DNA of 64,000 bases from Patescibacteria group bacterium (GTDB taxonomy: Bacteria > Patescibacteriota > Minisyncoccia > Phycocordibacterales > UBA9973), in assembly GCA_040388575.1 (NCBI GenBank), contig JAZKBO010000001.1, positions 6,549 to 70,548 of the forward strand. The letters are read 5' to 3'. The translations under genes and the position numbers were made by a program. Of this stretch, positions 17,912 through 28,300 are shown in pieces; the first letter of the stretch is position 1; each line of letters opens with the position of its first letter. Under the pieces are notes generated by a model that saw nothing but the letters and a program-made list of their open reading frames with translations, was not told where the DNA came from and made no database searches.

Positions 17912-18421
17912 ATGGCAAGACCTGAAAGAGGCCCAACAAGCCTAAATTTACGAAACAATAAACCAGAAGAAACTCCTGAAAAGGAGGGGGGATTTTTACG
18001 CAAAGACGATGCTAAACTTGAAAACCTCAGTGAGCAAGATTTAAATAAAATGGCAACAGGAGTTCAAGCTAGGCTAAAAGCAATTGAGAAGGCTCTGTTG
18101 GAAATGGATGAAAAAGAAAAAGTTCTTGTAACGCCGCCAGTGAAGGAAATTAAAAAAAAGGAACCCGCACCCGTACTAGCTTTTGTTAAGCCAGAAGAAA
18201 AAGAAAAAAAATTATCTCCTGAAAATAAAGCAAAATTGGCTAAATTGCGTAAAGAAAGGGCTGGTCTACTTAAGATCATAAGGATTCGAAGGAAACGAAA
18301 TTTGCCTACCAGTGATATGGAGGGTCACGCTGCAAATGTAAAAAATGAAATTTCTGCGCTTGAAAATCTAGGAATAGACCCAGATAATTCTTTAGACTTT
18401 TTCAAATCTGAAGAAGAATAA
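17912..18421 (+). CDS. Hypothetical charged (Lys/Glu-rich) protein
   Basis: 169-aa ORF preceded by a TGnTATAAT element at about 17893. Confidence 0.5.
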   Translation: MARPERGPTSLNLRNNKPEETPEKEGGFLRKDDAKLENLSEQDLNKMATGVQARLKAIEKALLEMDEKEKVLVTPPVKEIKKKEPAPVLAFVKPEEKEKKLSPENKAKLAKLRKERAGLLKIIRIRRKRNLPTSDMEGHAANVKNEISALENLGIDPDNSLDFFKSEEE

Positions 18422-18426
18422 TTTAT

Positions 18427-21400
18427 ATGACCGAAGAAAAAAAGAATTTATTAAAAGAAAAAGGGGCACTTCTGCAAAAGCAGGCTGAAATAAATGCCGA
18501 GTTAGAAAGGCGCGAAATGGCCAGAAATGTAGAGGTTGCCTCTGACGCCGTAAGTAAGGGAGATTATAAAAAACAAGTACAGGCAATGGAGGATGCTTGG
18601 GATACTCCTGATAATTTGCGCCCTGAAATTGAACAACAAAAACTAATGGGTGAAATAGAAGTCTTAGAAGCTGAACTAGAAGGAATAAAATCAAAAATTG
18701 AAGAAAATAAAAATACTGGTAAAACCAGGATAGATCAAATTCTTGCAAGAAAAAAGAAGAGAATAAAAGACGAATTAACCGAAAAAAGAAAAAAGCTTAA
18801 TCTGCTAGGGAAAGCGACCCCAATTAAAAAAGGTTCAGTAAGCGCGAGAGGATATGTAGCATTGTCTAAGAGGCAAGGTAAAAAGTGGCAAAAATTTGCG
18901 GATCAAAGACTTCAAAAAGATGCAGATAGTGCTTTTACAGAAATTGATAAAAAAACTGCTGCAGAAGAAATTAAAAAAACATTGCGAGGCACAGACATTA
19001 GGCTACGTAAAGCTGAGGCAGCCCCAGTTAACATGAGTACGGAAACAGCCGAAGAAACGAGTGGAAATACACCTGAACCTTTATTGACGGAAGAGGAATT
19101 ATTAAATAAGAAAAAGGAGGAAATTCTATCGATACCAAAAATAAAGAAGTTTATTGAAGACCAATCTGGACTCCTAAACTCTTCAAATCACCAAGATAGG
19201 ATGGCGGCAGAAAGAAAATTAAAAGAGATAATGGCTGACCCACTGGCAGCAATTAGGGGGGATTATGACTATTTTGAGGAGGAATTAGCTAAAAACCCTA
19301 ACTCAAAAATACTCAAAAATCGTTTGGGAGAAGCCCGTAAATTGATCGATCAGATCGATGTAATAAATAATAAATATGAACGCCAGGAAGACGAAAGTGA
19401 CTTTGCAAAAACTTTTAAGAACACTTTATTACAAAAAATAGATAACATTCCAGAGGGATCGCCAATTACTGAATCGGTACAGCCTACTGAAAAAGAAAAA
19501 AAAGATTTACTGGAAATTGATAAGGAGATAGCATCATTACCAGCAAAGAAAAAGATGGAACTCGGAAAAGGAATACTCTCTTTTGGTTTTCGAGTTGAGA
19601 AATGGAAAAATTCATTCTGGGCAAATCGTTTCAATAATTTAGAGAAAAAATTTGATGATAGGAGTGATCAAGGTGACACTGTGTATCGTGGAGGAGAAAA
19701 ATTCAATGAAACAGGCGGCACCATGTATCGCTGGACTAAGGCACTTCAAAATAATTTTGAAAAACAGAAAGAAAAAGCGCAAAAACAAATAGATGAAATT
19801 TATGCGGATAAGGCTGGCTTGAAGACTAAAGCCATGAGCCAAGCTAAACTAGCTGGAAATATTTTAAAATATGGCCGGACTTTGTATGATGTGGGGAAGT
19901 GGACAACAGGTGCGCCTTGGAGGTTTATTATGGCCGGCGGTATGGCTATCAGTGCCGGATCCAAAGCAGGCGTTGAGGCAAGATTTGAAAATAAAGATTT
20001 AATAGAACAAACTAGGGTTCAAGACCAGGCGGTTGCCTATGAAGAAGCTTGGGCTCTACACGGCAGCTTTGAAATAAATAAGTCGAAAGAAGAGCTGGAG
20101 GCTGCCTACTTAGCAGCCCTACCTAAGGAGATTAAAAAAAGATTGGAAAATCCAGAAGCAGCCGTAAATTGGGTTCAAGGGGCGTATAAAGTAAGAATAG
20201 GGTATGCACTTGGAAATTTGGATAAAAAAATAAAAAAAATAGAGGGTAATTCGAAATTAAATGATGAGACCAAAAAGGAAAGAGTTGCGACATTACTAAA
20301 AAGTTATGGGGAAGTTTTGCGGGACTTTGATCGAATGCTTACTCAAGCTGGTACTATCGACCAGTGGGTATTGGCAGGTAAAGCCGGACAAGTAGCAGGT
20401 AAAGCTGTAATGGCAAGCTCTATTATACGTTTAGTCTACGATAAAGTAGAACATTTATTTTCACACGGGGTAGCTTCAACTGTGGAGGCTCATCATCCGG
20501 GCGCACTCGGTAACCATGAAGCTAGAATAAGTGGAGTAGGTCATACCGTAGATACACAACCTTCGGCGGCTGATGCAGCGGGAGGAGCCCCGCATGCCGA
20601 AGTGAGTGGAGCCATGAAAAGCGTAGAAATAAAATTTGATCACGGTAAGGGTGGCATCCAAGGAATTGTGGACCTCAAGCACCAGATTGTAGAAAAATAT
20701 GGAAGTATAGAAAAATCTCCGGCAGAGCTTCAGGAATTCTTGAAAGGCAGTTCCACTAAACAAGCAATGGAATTTGGGCTTTTTGATCCTAACCACGCCA
20801 ACGAGAGCGCACTTATCCATGAAGGCTCAACTTTGAAATTTGAAAATGGCCATTTAGTATTTCATGATGCAAAAACTGGTATAGATGTCACTAAATATGA
20901 AACAAAAATGGGAATGCTTGATTCCGACCACAGTGGTCAAGCTCCTGCGGTGGAGCATGCGGAAGCAAATCCCGTAGAGCACCCTGAAGCAGGCAGGTTT
21001 GAACACGCGACTAAAGGAATTAGATTTGATGCGGAGCATATTAAGGCCGGCATAGAATCCAAAATGGATGCGGCCACGCAGAGTATGCCCGGACACAGCG
21101 CAGCGGAGTCAGCTATGAATGCCAAGGAGTCAGCGCTGCGGGAAGTGATGGAGAATAGTGGTTATTCCAGTGTTTCCAAAGGAGTAGCAATTAATGAATA
21201 TAATTTATCTAAACTTTTCCCCAATAATTCATTGAATATGTGGGAAGCAGCTTCCAAGCAACTGCGCGCAATTGATATACTAAAAAACCCTACAATCGGA
21301 GTAAGTGAATTTAATAAACATACTCTTTATGGAAATATTTTCCATTACTTACAAAAAGTGCAAGAAGTGACTGGCCTTAAACCGAAGGGTGCAAGCATAT

Positions 21401-21501
21401 TCCACTGGAAGAGTGAAAGTGTGGCAAGTTATGCAGAAAGATGTCTAAAATTCATCGAAGAAAAGCATCCAGAAAGGCTTAAAGATCTAATTTTAAAATA
21501 A
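18427..21501 (+). CDS. Large hypothetical protein (1024 aa), coiled-coil/charged N-half and His-rich C-half
   Basis: Long uninterrupted ORF in host-like composition. No recognised catalytic motif. Confidence 0.6.
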   Translation: MTEEKKNLLKEKGALLQKQAEINAELERREMARNVEVASDAVSKGDYKKQVQAMEDAWDTPDNLRPEIEQQKLMGEIEVLEAELEGIKSKIEENKNTGKTRIDQILARKKKRIKDELTEKRKKLNLLGKATPIKKGSVSARGYVALSKRQGKKWQKFADQRLQKDADSAFTEIDKKTAAEEIKKTLRGTDIRLRKAEAAPVNMSTETAEETSGNTPEPLLTEEELLNKKKEEILSIPKIKKFIEDQSGLLNSSNHQDRMAAERKLKEIMADPLAAIRGDYDYFEEELAKNPNSKILKNRLGEARKLIDQIDVINNKYERQEDESDFAKTFKNTLLQKIDNIPEGSPITESVQPTEKEKKDLLEIDKEIASLPAKKKMELGKGILSFGFRVEKWKNSFWANRFNNLEKKFDDRSDQGDTVYRGGEKFNETGGTMYRWTKALQNNFEKQKEKAQKQIDEIYADKAGLKTKAMSQAKLAGNILKYGRTLYDVGKWTTGAPWRFIMAGGMAISAGSKAGVEARFENKDLIEQTRVQDQAVAYEEAWALHGSFEINKSKEELEAAYLAALPKEIKKRLENPEAAVNWVQGAYKVRIGYALGNLDKKIKKIEGNSKLNDETKKERVATLLKSYGEVLRDFDRMLTQAGTIDQWVLAGKAGQVAGKAVMASSIIRLVYDKVEHLFSHGVASTVEAHHPGALGNHEARISGVGHTVDTQPSAADAAGGAPHAEVSGAMKSVEIKFDHGKGGIQGIVDLKHQIVEKYGSIEKSPAELQEFLKGSSTKQAMEFGLFDPNHANESALIHEGSTLKFENGHLVFHDAKTGIDVTKYETKMGMLDSDHSGQAPAVEHAEANPVEHPEAGRFEHATKGIRFDAEHIKAGIESKMDAATQSMPGHSAAESAMNAKESALREVMENSGYSSVSKGVAINEYNLSKLFPNNSLNMWEAASKQLRAIDILKNPTIGVSEFNKHTLYGNIFHYLQKVQEVTGLKPKGASIFHWKSESVASYAERCLKFIEEKHPERLKDLILK

Positions 21502-21513
21502 TTGCGATAAAAG

Positions 21514-23559
21514 TTGTGCTATATTGGACAGGTGAGTACAGATATTCCGCATTTATTGGGTCTAAATAAAGAACAGAGGGAGGCGGCACTTCATATGAAG
21601 GGGCCGATTTTGATAGTGGCTGGCGCTGGGGCGGGTAAAACAAAGACTATCACTCATAGAATAGTGAATTTGATCAAGGAAGGCGTGGCGCCAGAGCAAA
21701 TCTTGGCAGTAACCTTTACTAATAAGGCTGCTAAAGAAATGCGGGAGCGGATAATACAAGCACTGGAAGATAACTTCGCCGGTGATCCTTTTACTCAGGT
21801 CCTCGGATCTCCGGGTCCCTATCCCGGCCAGACCGTTCCTAAAAGCATCACCGGCTTCGTAAAAAGCCAACCTTTTGTCAGCACTTTTCACTCTCTGGGG
21901 GTGCATATAATCAAGGAAAATGCAGGGTTATTGGGCTTAACCAAGTATTTTACGATTTTGGACGAGTCGGATTCAATTTCCATAATAAAAGAGGCTCAAA
22001 AGGAGCTCGGCATAGATCCGAAACAGTATGAACCCAAGAAAATAAAGGGTATTATCAGCCGGGAAAAGGGTAAATTCACCAATTTGGCGGATTATAGTGA
22101 GCGAGCAGGCGATTACATGGGTAAAATTGTGGCTCAGGTGTGGAATTTATATGAAAAGAAAAAAGCGCAAGAAAACAGCCTCGACTTTGATGATTTAATA
22201 TTAAAATCTACTAAATTACTGAAAGATGATGTAGAGGTGCGACAAATGTATCAGGATAGGTGGCAATATATCCACATAGATGAGTATCAGGATACAAATG
22301 AGGTGCAATATTTGATGTCCCGGCTCTTGTCAGAAAAATACAAAAACATCTGCGTGGTGGGGGATGCAGATCAAAATATTTATTCCTGGCGCGGGGCAAA
22401 TTTGAAAAATATTTTAAGCTTTGAGAAGGATTATCCGAATGCCAAGATTGTACTATTGGAGGAAAATTACCGCTCCACTCAAAACATATTGGAGGCGGCT
22501 AATGAAGTAATCAAAAAAAATAAGTATCGCCCTGATAAAAATTTATTTACTAAAAATTTAGTGGGAGATAAAATTTCCATCTATGAAGCATTGGATGAAA
22601 CTGATGAAGCCGAATTCGTAGCAACAAAACTTTTGGAAATTGCCGACGTAGTCGAGAAAAAAGGCTTCGCTTTGAGTGAAATTGCAGTTTTGTATCGTGC
22701 GAATTTTCAATCACGCGCGCTGGAAGAAGCGATGCTGCGATACAATATTCCATATCAGGTGCTGGGTGTTAAATTTTTCGAAAGAAAAGAAATTAAAGAC
22801 ACGTTGGCATATCTGCGCGCAGCATTAAATCCGGAGAGCTTGTCCGACATAAAAAGAATAATAAACTTTCCAACTAGGGGAATTGGTAAGACCACTATTG
22901 CTAAGATTTTTTCTAACGATATGGAAAGTCTACCGATAAAAATGAGGCTGAAAATTAATAATTTCTATAATTTATTAACTGAAATAAAAGAAAAAATTGA
23001 GGTACTACCTGCGAGCCAAGTGATAAAATTTGTAGTTAAACGCTCCGGAATTGAGGATGAATTAAGTGCTGGGGACGAGGAAGAAAAGGAAAGATTGGAG
23101 AACATAAAAGAGCTTGCAACCTTGGCACTCAAATATGAAAATTTGCCAAATAGTGCTGGAATTGAAAGGCTTTTAGAGGATGCGGCCCTAGCCTCTGACC
23201 AGGATTCCTTGATCGAGCGCGGTGAAAAAAAGGAAGTAAAAGATGCGGTTAAACTAATGACGGTGCATGCATCTAAGGGGCTAGAATTTAAAAATGTTTT
23301 TATCACTGGCCTGGAAGATGGGCTCTTCCCGCATTCGAAGAACGGTGAAATAAAAAATGCTGAAGACAGCGAGGAGGAGCGCAGATTATTCTATGTAGCG
23401 CTCACTCGAGCAAAAGAAAAATTATATTTATCCTTTGCAAACTTCCGCACAATATTCGGCTCACGCTCGATTAACGCGCCGTCAGAATTTCTAGGCGACA
23501 TCCCTGCAGACTTACTAGAAAAAGAAGGCGAACAGAAAATTAAAACCATCTACATCTAG
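21514..23559 (+). CDS. uvrD: UvrD/PcrA-family ATP-dependent DNA helicase
   Basis: Motif I 'AGAGAGKTKTITHRI', 'VTFTNKAAKEMRERI', motif II 'IHIDEYQDTN', 'VGDADQNIYSWRGA'. Carries the in-frame ~60-bp element (copy 1). Confidence 0.9.
   Translation: MCYIGQVSTDIPHLLGLNKEQREAALHMKGPILIVAGAGAGKTKTITHRIVNLIKEGVAPEQILAVTFTNKAAKEMRERIIQALEDNFAGDPFTQVLGSPGPYPGQTVPKSITGFVKSQPFVSTFHSLGVHIIKENAGLLGLTKYFTILDESDSISIIKEAQKELGIDPKQYEPKKIKGIISREKGKFTNLADYSERAGDYMGKIVAQVWNLYEKKKAQENSLDFDDLILKSTKLLKDDVEVRQMYQDRWQYIHIDEYQDTNEVQYLMSRLLSEKYKNICVVGDADQNIYSWRGANLKNILSFEKDYPNAKIVLLEENYRSTQNILEAANEVIKKNKYRPDKNLFTKNLVGDKISIYEALDETDEAEFVATKLLEIADVVEKKGFALSEIAVLYRANFQSRALEEAMLRYNIPYQVLGVKFFERKEIKDTLAYLRAALNPESLSDIKRIINFPTRGIGKTTIAKIFSNDMESLPIKMRLKINNFYNLLTEIKEKIEVLPASQVIKFVVKRSGIEDELSAGDEEEKERLENIKELATLALKYENLPNSAGIERLLEDAALASDQDSLIERGEKKEVKDAVKLMTVHASKGLEFKNVFITGLEDGLFPHSKNGEIKNAEDSEEERRLFYVALTRAKEKLYLSFANFRTIFGSRSINAPSEFLGDIPADLLEKEGEQKIKTIYI
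21788..21846 (+). mobile_element. Copy 1 of a ~60-bp GC-rich repeat with inverted ends, inserted in frame in uvrD (encodes '...TQVLGSPGPYPGQTVPKS...')
   Basis: Core 'CAGGTCCTCGGATCTCCGGGTCCC...GGCCAGACCGTTC' shared with copies at 53230, 61323 and 63574. Ends cttttacTCAGG / CCGTTCctaaaag are inverted. Confidence 0.7.
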
Positions 23560-23564
23560 AATAT

Positions 23565-24338
23565 ATGATGCAACAATACAGAGCAAAAAAATCATTGGGT
23601 CAAAATTTTCTAAAGTCCGAGCCAGCACTGCGGAAAATAATTGAAGCGGGTGAAATTAACACGGACGATGTAATTTTAGAAATTGGGCCGGGGAAGGGGG
23701 CGCTGACAGGGAAGCTTCTAGAAAAAGCTGGGCAAGTTATTGCAGTAGAAAAAGATCGAGAGCTTTTTGAATTTTTAAAGGAAAAGTTTAAAGAGCAAAT
23801 AGCTTCTGGAGCGCTAGTTCTAGAAAACAGCGACATTTTGGAATATAGAATTAAAAATTTAGAAATTCCTTCATATAAAATCATTGCAAACATCCCATAC
23901 AACATTACCGGAGCGATTTTAAAGAAATTTCTTACCGAAAGTCATCAACCTGAGAGGATGGTGCTTCTTGTCCAACATGAAGTTGCACAAAGGATAGTGG
24001 CTCGAGATGGGAAGGAGAGCATCCTTTCGATTTCCGTAAAGGCCTACGGAGAACCGAAGTTGGTTACAAAGGTACCGGCACGGTATTTTTCACCCGCTCC
24101 TAAAGTAGACTCAGCAGTGATCAGTATAAAAAATATTTCACGAAAAGCTTTTATCCAAGGTAAGGTAGATGAAGGGAAATTTTGGCAAATTGTCAAAGCA
24201 GGCTTTGCTCATAAGCGTAAAAAGCTCTCAGGAAACTTAAAAAATCTAATTTCCGCTCAAAATTTGGAAGAATTTAAAGACAAAAGAGCTGAAAATTTAA
24301 AGCTTTCTGAGTGGTTGGCACTCTCATCCAGTTATTAA
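23565..24338 (+). CDS. rsmA: 16S rRNA (adenine1518/1519-N6)-dimethyltransferase
   Basis: 'LGQNFL', 'ILEIGPGKGALT', 'IANIPYNIT' motifs. Confidence 0.9.
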   Translation: MMQQYRAKKSLGQNFLKSEPALRKIIEAGEINTDDVILEIGPGKGALTGKLLEKAGQVIAVEKDRELFEFLKEKFKEQIASGALVLENSDILEYRIKNLEIPSYKIIANIPYNITGAILKKFLTESHQPERMVLLVQHEVAQRIVARDGKESILSISVKAYGEPKLVTKVPARYFSPAPKVDSAVISIKNISRKAFIQGKVDEGKFWQIVKAGFAHKRKKLSGNLKNLISAQNLEEFKDKRAENLKLSEWLALSSSY

Positions 24339-24423
24339 GGTGGTTTCAGAGCTTGCATGCTCAAAAAAGTGATATAATAAAAGGATAATCAAGTTAAATT
24401 GGTTAAAAAATAAAAGGGCGCTT

Positions 24424-25320
24424 TTGATCGTGGCCGCGGTGGTTTTTCTTATCGTAATTTTTTCTATAAAAGGGCGCTCGGTATTTAATAATAACTCTTC
24501 CGATACAGGACTTTCAGATGGACTTAAGTACGACAGCTCTATCGTGGAAAATTTGGTGAGTAAAGATAGCGATAAAGATGGTGTACCAGACTGGGAGGAG
24601 GGTTTATGGGGCACAAATCCTAATAACAAGGACAGTAATGGTGATGGAGTGACCGATGATAAAGAAATTGCCAAGTTAAAAGCAGAATTAAAACAAAATA
24701 CGGATGGTTTAGTGGAGGATCCTAATTCAACGGGAGCTAGTCTAACTCAAACAGATAAATTCTCACAAGAATTGCTAACAACTTTGGCTGCAATAAATCA
24801 AACTGGTGACATGGACCCCGCTACAGCTCAAAAGTTGGGGGAAACTTTAGCAACACAGATAGAAAATTCGGCACCAAAGAAGGTTTACGGTGCGGGCGAT
24901 ATTAAAATAACAAAAGATGATAGTGCCGCAGCTATCCAAAAATATAACGAGGCTTTGGATAGCATTACTAGAAAATATCCAGCCAGCGGGAGCGCCATGG
25001 ATGTACTGCAGAAGTTCGCTGCCGATCAAAACAACGAGGATACAACAGTACTCTCGGAACTTGACCCGATAGTTACCCAAACAAATCAAATTATTGCTGG
25101 AATAGTTAAAACGAGCGTACCGCAATCATTAGCATCACTGCACTTAGCTTTTATAAATAGCTTGGAGAAGGTGTCGGAGAATCTAAATGACATCCAGCTT
25201 TACAATACGGATGCTGTCGTAGCCTTGGCAGCTATTAGTCAGTACGAGCAAAATACTGCAGATCTACAGGCGGCAGTGGACAACCTATCGAGTACCATTA
25301 ATCAGAAGTTGAGTAGCTAA
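24424..25320 (+). CDS. Membrane-anchored protein with thrombospondin-type-3-like Ca-binding Asp repeats
   Basis: N-terminal TM segment. 'DSDKDGVPDWEE' and 'DSNGDGVTDDKE' repeats. Confidence 0.5.
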   Translation: MIVAAVVFLIVIFSIKGRSVFNNNSSDTGLSDGLKYDSSIVENLVSKDSDKDGVPDWEEGLWGTNPNNKDSNGDGVTDDKEIAKLKAELKQNTDGLVEDPNSTGASLTQTDKFSQELLTTLAAINQTGDMDPATAQKLGETLATQIENSAPKKVYGAGDIKITKDDSAAAIQKYNEALDSITRKYPASGSAMDVLQKFAADQNNEDTTVLSELDPIVTQTNQIIAGIVKTSVPQSLASLHLAFINSLEKVSENLNDIQLYNTDAVVALAAISQYEQNTADLQAAVDNLSSTINQKLSS

Positions 25321-25345
25321 AAAGGCTTATAGATAAAGGATAAAA

Positions 25346-28300
25346 ATGAACTTTAAGAATCCACGAATTCAAAAGCTAACTTCCGCCCTCTTGGTTATTG
25401 CCGTTCTCGTTCCAGTATTATTATTTTTTTCAGCGCCTAAAAAAGTGGAGGCTCAAGGCTCTGGCTGGCCTCAATTTGTTCAGCTTGTTCTCATTGGAGG
25501 CAGTACGGGAAAATCACAGGTCACAGGGACAGCTTCGTTGGCTATCCAAATAAGACAGCAAGCCAAATTAGTGCTGGCTGAAGTATTGAAAGGCATCGCT
25601 CGCAGGCTTCTACAACAGATGACCAAGAGTACCATCAACTGGATCAATTCCGGTTTCCACGGCGCGCCGCTTTTCGTAGAAAATCCAAAATCATTTTTTG
25701 GTGATATTGAAAAGTATGAGGTAAGGAATTTCGTGGATCAGATCGGCTACGACTCCCTGCGGTTTCCATTCGGCAAAACTACCGCTTTAAATATCATTAA
25801 TACGTTCCGCCGCAGCCCAACCGCAGGATTAGAATACACTTTAAGTAACGTAATAAACGATCCGGTTTATCTAGAAAATTATAGAAATAATTTCAATGTC
25901 GGCGGCTGGAATGGCTTCCTAATAAATACCCAGTATCCGCAAAATAATGCAATTGGCTTCCGATTACTTGCAACTGAAGAAATATCTAAGAGGTTAGATA
26001 TAAATGACATCCACACAAATGCGGGGCAGATACAAAACACTCTCAATCAAGGACTTGGATTCCTCTCACCGCAAACCTGTCCATCTAATCCAAAATATAA
26101 TAATTTACAGAATCAATTTAATCAGCCAACATTTAAGTCTACAACTCCTTGGAATCCACCTCCAGAAATTAGCGACCAATGGAGCCCAGATGAGTACCCC
26201 GCTATACTCCAGCATTATACAGATACTTACAATCAAACAGTTGCAAATGAACGTGCAGACTGGCTTAGAAGTACAGGTTGCCCAGGCGGCTTGGTTAATA
26301 CTACCCCAGGATCTGCAGTAGGCGCAGCGCTCAATAAAGCCCTCGGCGGAAGCCAGGATCAAACCACGCTTGCAGCGGCAATGGGTAATAGTGTTTCCCA
26401 GATTGTGGACAGCCTCCTAAATCATTTCTTGCAGAAAGGCTTAAATGCACTCTCAAGCACAGTTAATCCACCCAAGCCCGTGGATGATTGGAGTTACGAC
26501 GGCCAGTCCCTCGGTACAGACATACCATCTAACAGTAGTGCTTGGGATGCGGGCCCAGATGAACTCGTGGTACTTGCTGACTTTAAACAAGGAGTAGTCG
26601 ACGGTATAAAAAATACTCAGGAGGAAATTGGCTTGATGGATAATAGAAATCCAAAAAATCCTGGCATCATTCAGGAAATAAACTTGATCTGGCCGCAAAT
26701 CAGGCAGCTCGACCAGTGTATTCCGGGTCCGGATGTAAAATGGGGAGATCGTTTGCAAACTGAGTGGGAAAGAAATGACCAAAAGTTCCAAGAGAAGGCA
26801 AGTGATCAAAATGGCGAAAAGGCTGCGCTGGCTAGAATCGCAAGCCAGGAATTGCAATATGCTGTCAAATCTTTTGAGGATTGGATAAAAAATAAAATGA
26901 TCCTCGCATTACCTGACTCCGTCAACTACATTGATGCAGTAGATGGTGCACTTGATCCGCTGAACAATCAGTCGAATGATTTATTGAATAGTAAAAGGGT
27001 CAGAATCCAATCATTAGCAAGATTGCAGTCCATTCAAGCAAATTTAAATCGCTTTACGACCGATCCTGCACCGAACTCAGGCGCAGCACAAGCCTTAATA
27101 AATCTATACAAGCAATACAAAGCAGTTCGACCAACAATATCGAGTAGTGAGAGTATCGAAGACTCCCGAAATGAACTCAACATGTTGAAAGAGCAATTGG
27201 TTAGTACGATAGATATGACCAAGCAATGTAAAACTGAAAGAACCCAGAACGGCTGGGGGCCAATAGACACGTCAGGCAAGGGCGGGGCCAGGGCTCCAGG
27301 CTCACAATCAGGACCATCTTCTACCCCATCCATATTCGGGGGGTCATCAGCACCATCGAGATCAACTGAAAAAGGATATTTCTGTGATAGCCCGATAGTG
27401 GGTGGATTTTCGCACGGCGAAGCCACTGTTACTTCTGGGGCTTTTGGTTTTAACAGCACTAATGATGAAGTGTTATTTAAACAACGAACTACTCCGCCTG
27501 CATATGGTAATGAGTTGCCGATGGTAAACGCTAGCAACGTTCCTTATAGCTGGGGAATTTTAGGGGACAAGAGGACTAATGTTGAGGTCAACTGCAAAAT
27601 ATTATTCAAGGCCAGTGTGCTCGATTACAAAGGAAGCATTAATGGGCTGACCACCATAAGTGATAATGGTGGAGGTGGTGCAGGATCAGGCTCTGGTGGT
27701 ACATGTGTTGATACAGGTCCGGCAACTCCACCAAAAATTGCGGCACCTACTAGTGTCTGGAATCCACCACCACAAACTATGGTGCCGGGGACCATCCATC
27801 CAGAAGCTTTGGTCAACAACGGCTGGTGGCCTCACTTATCACCAGATGGAAAATTCGTAGCCTATGGCAACTTCGGCGGCAGTTGGGTAAGCAACCTTTT
27901 AACTAAAAAAACTTACGACCTTACAAACCCGCCTGGTTTGCCGGCGGGGGGACGATGTTACAGTGGTTTTTGGTTACAAGATAGCAGCGTGATTTCAGAG
28001 TGGTGTGAAATCCCAGGAGGGGATTACTACAATCGATACATATGGACATACAATACTAGCCAGGACACTTGGACATCAACACCAACTGGCGAGAATCCTA
28101 ACCTTGTGGCAGGAAATTATTTCGGGGCAGATAAGGGCCACTGGTTCTCAGAATTGGCAGGCAAGAGAATAGTACTAGACGGCAAAGTCCTAGCGACTAC
28201 TCCACCTCCAGGCACAACCTCTGACCCTAACGACGTAGCTGGTTCGGCAATGGTCGGAACATCTATCTCTCAAGATGGTGATACCATCGTTCATGCTTGT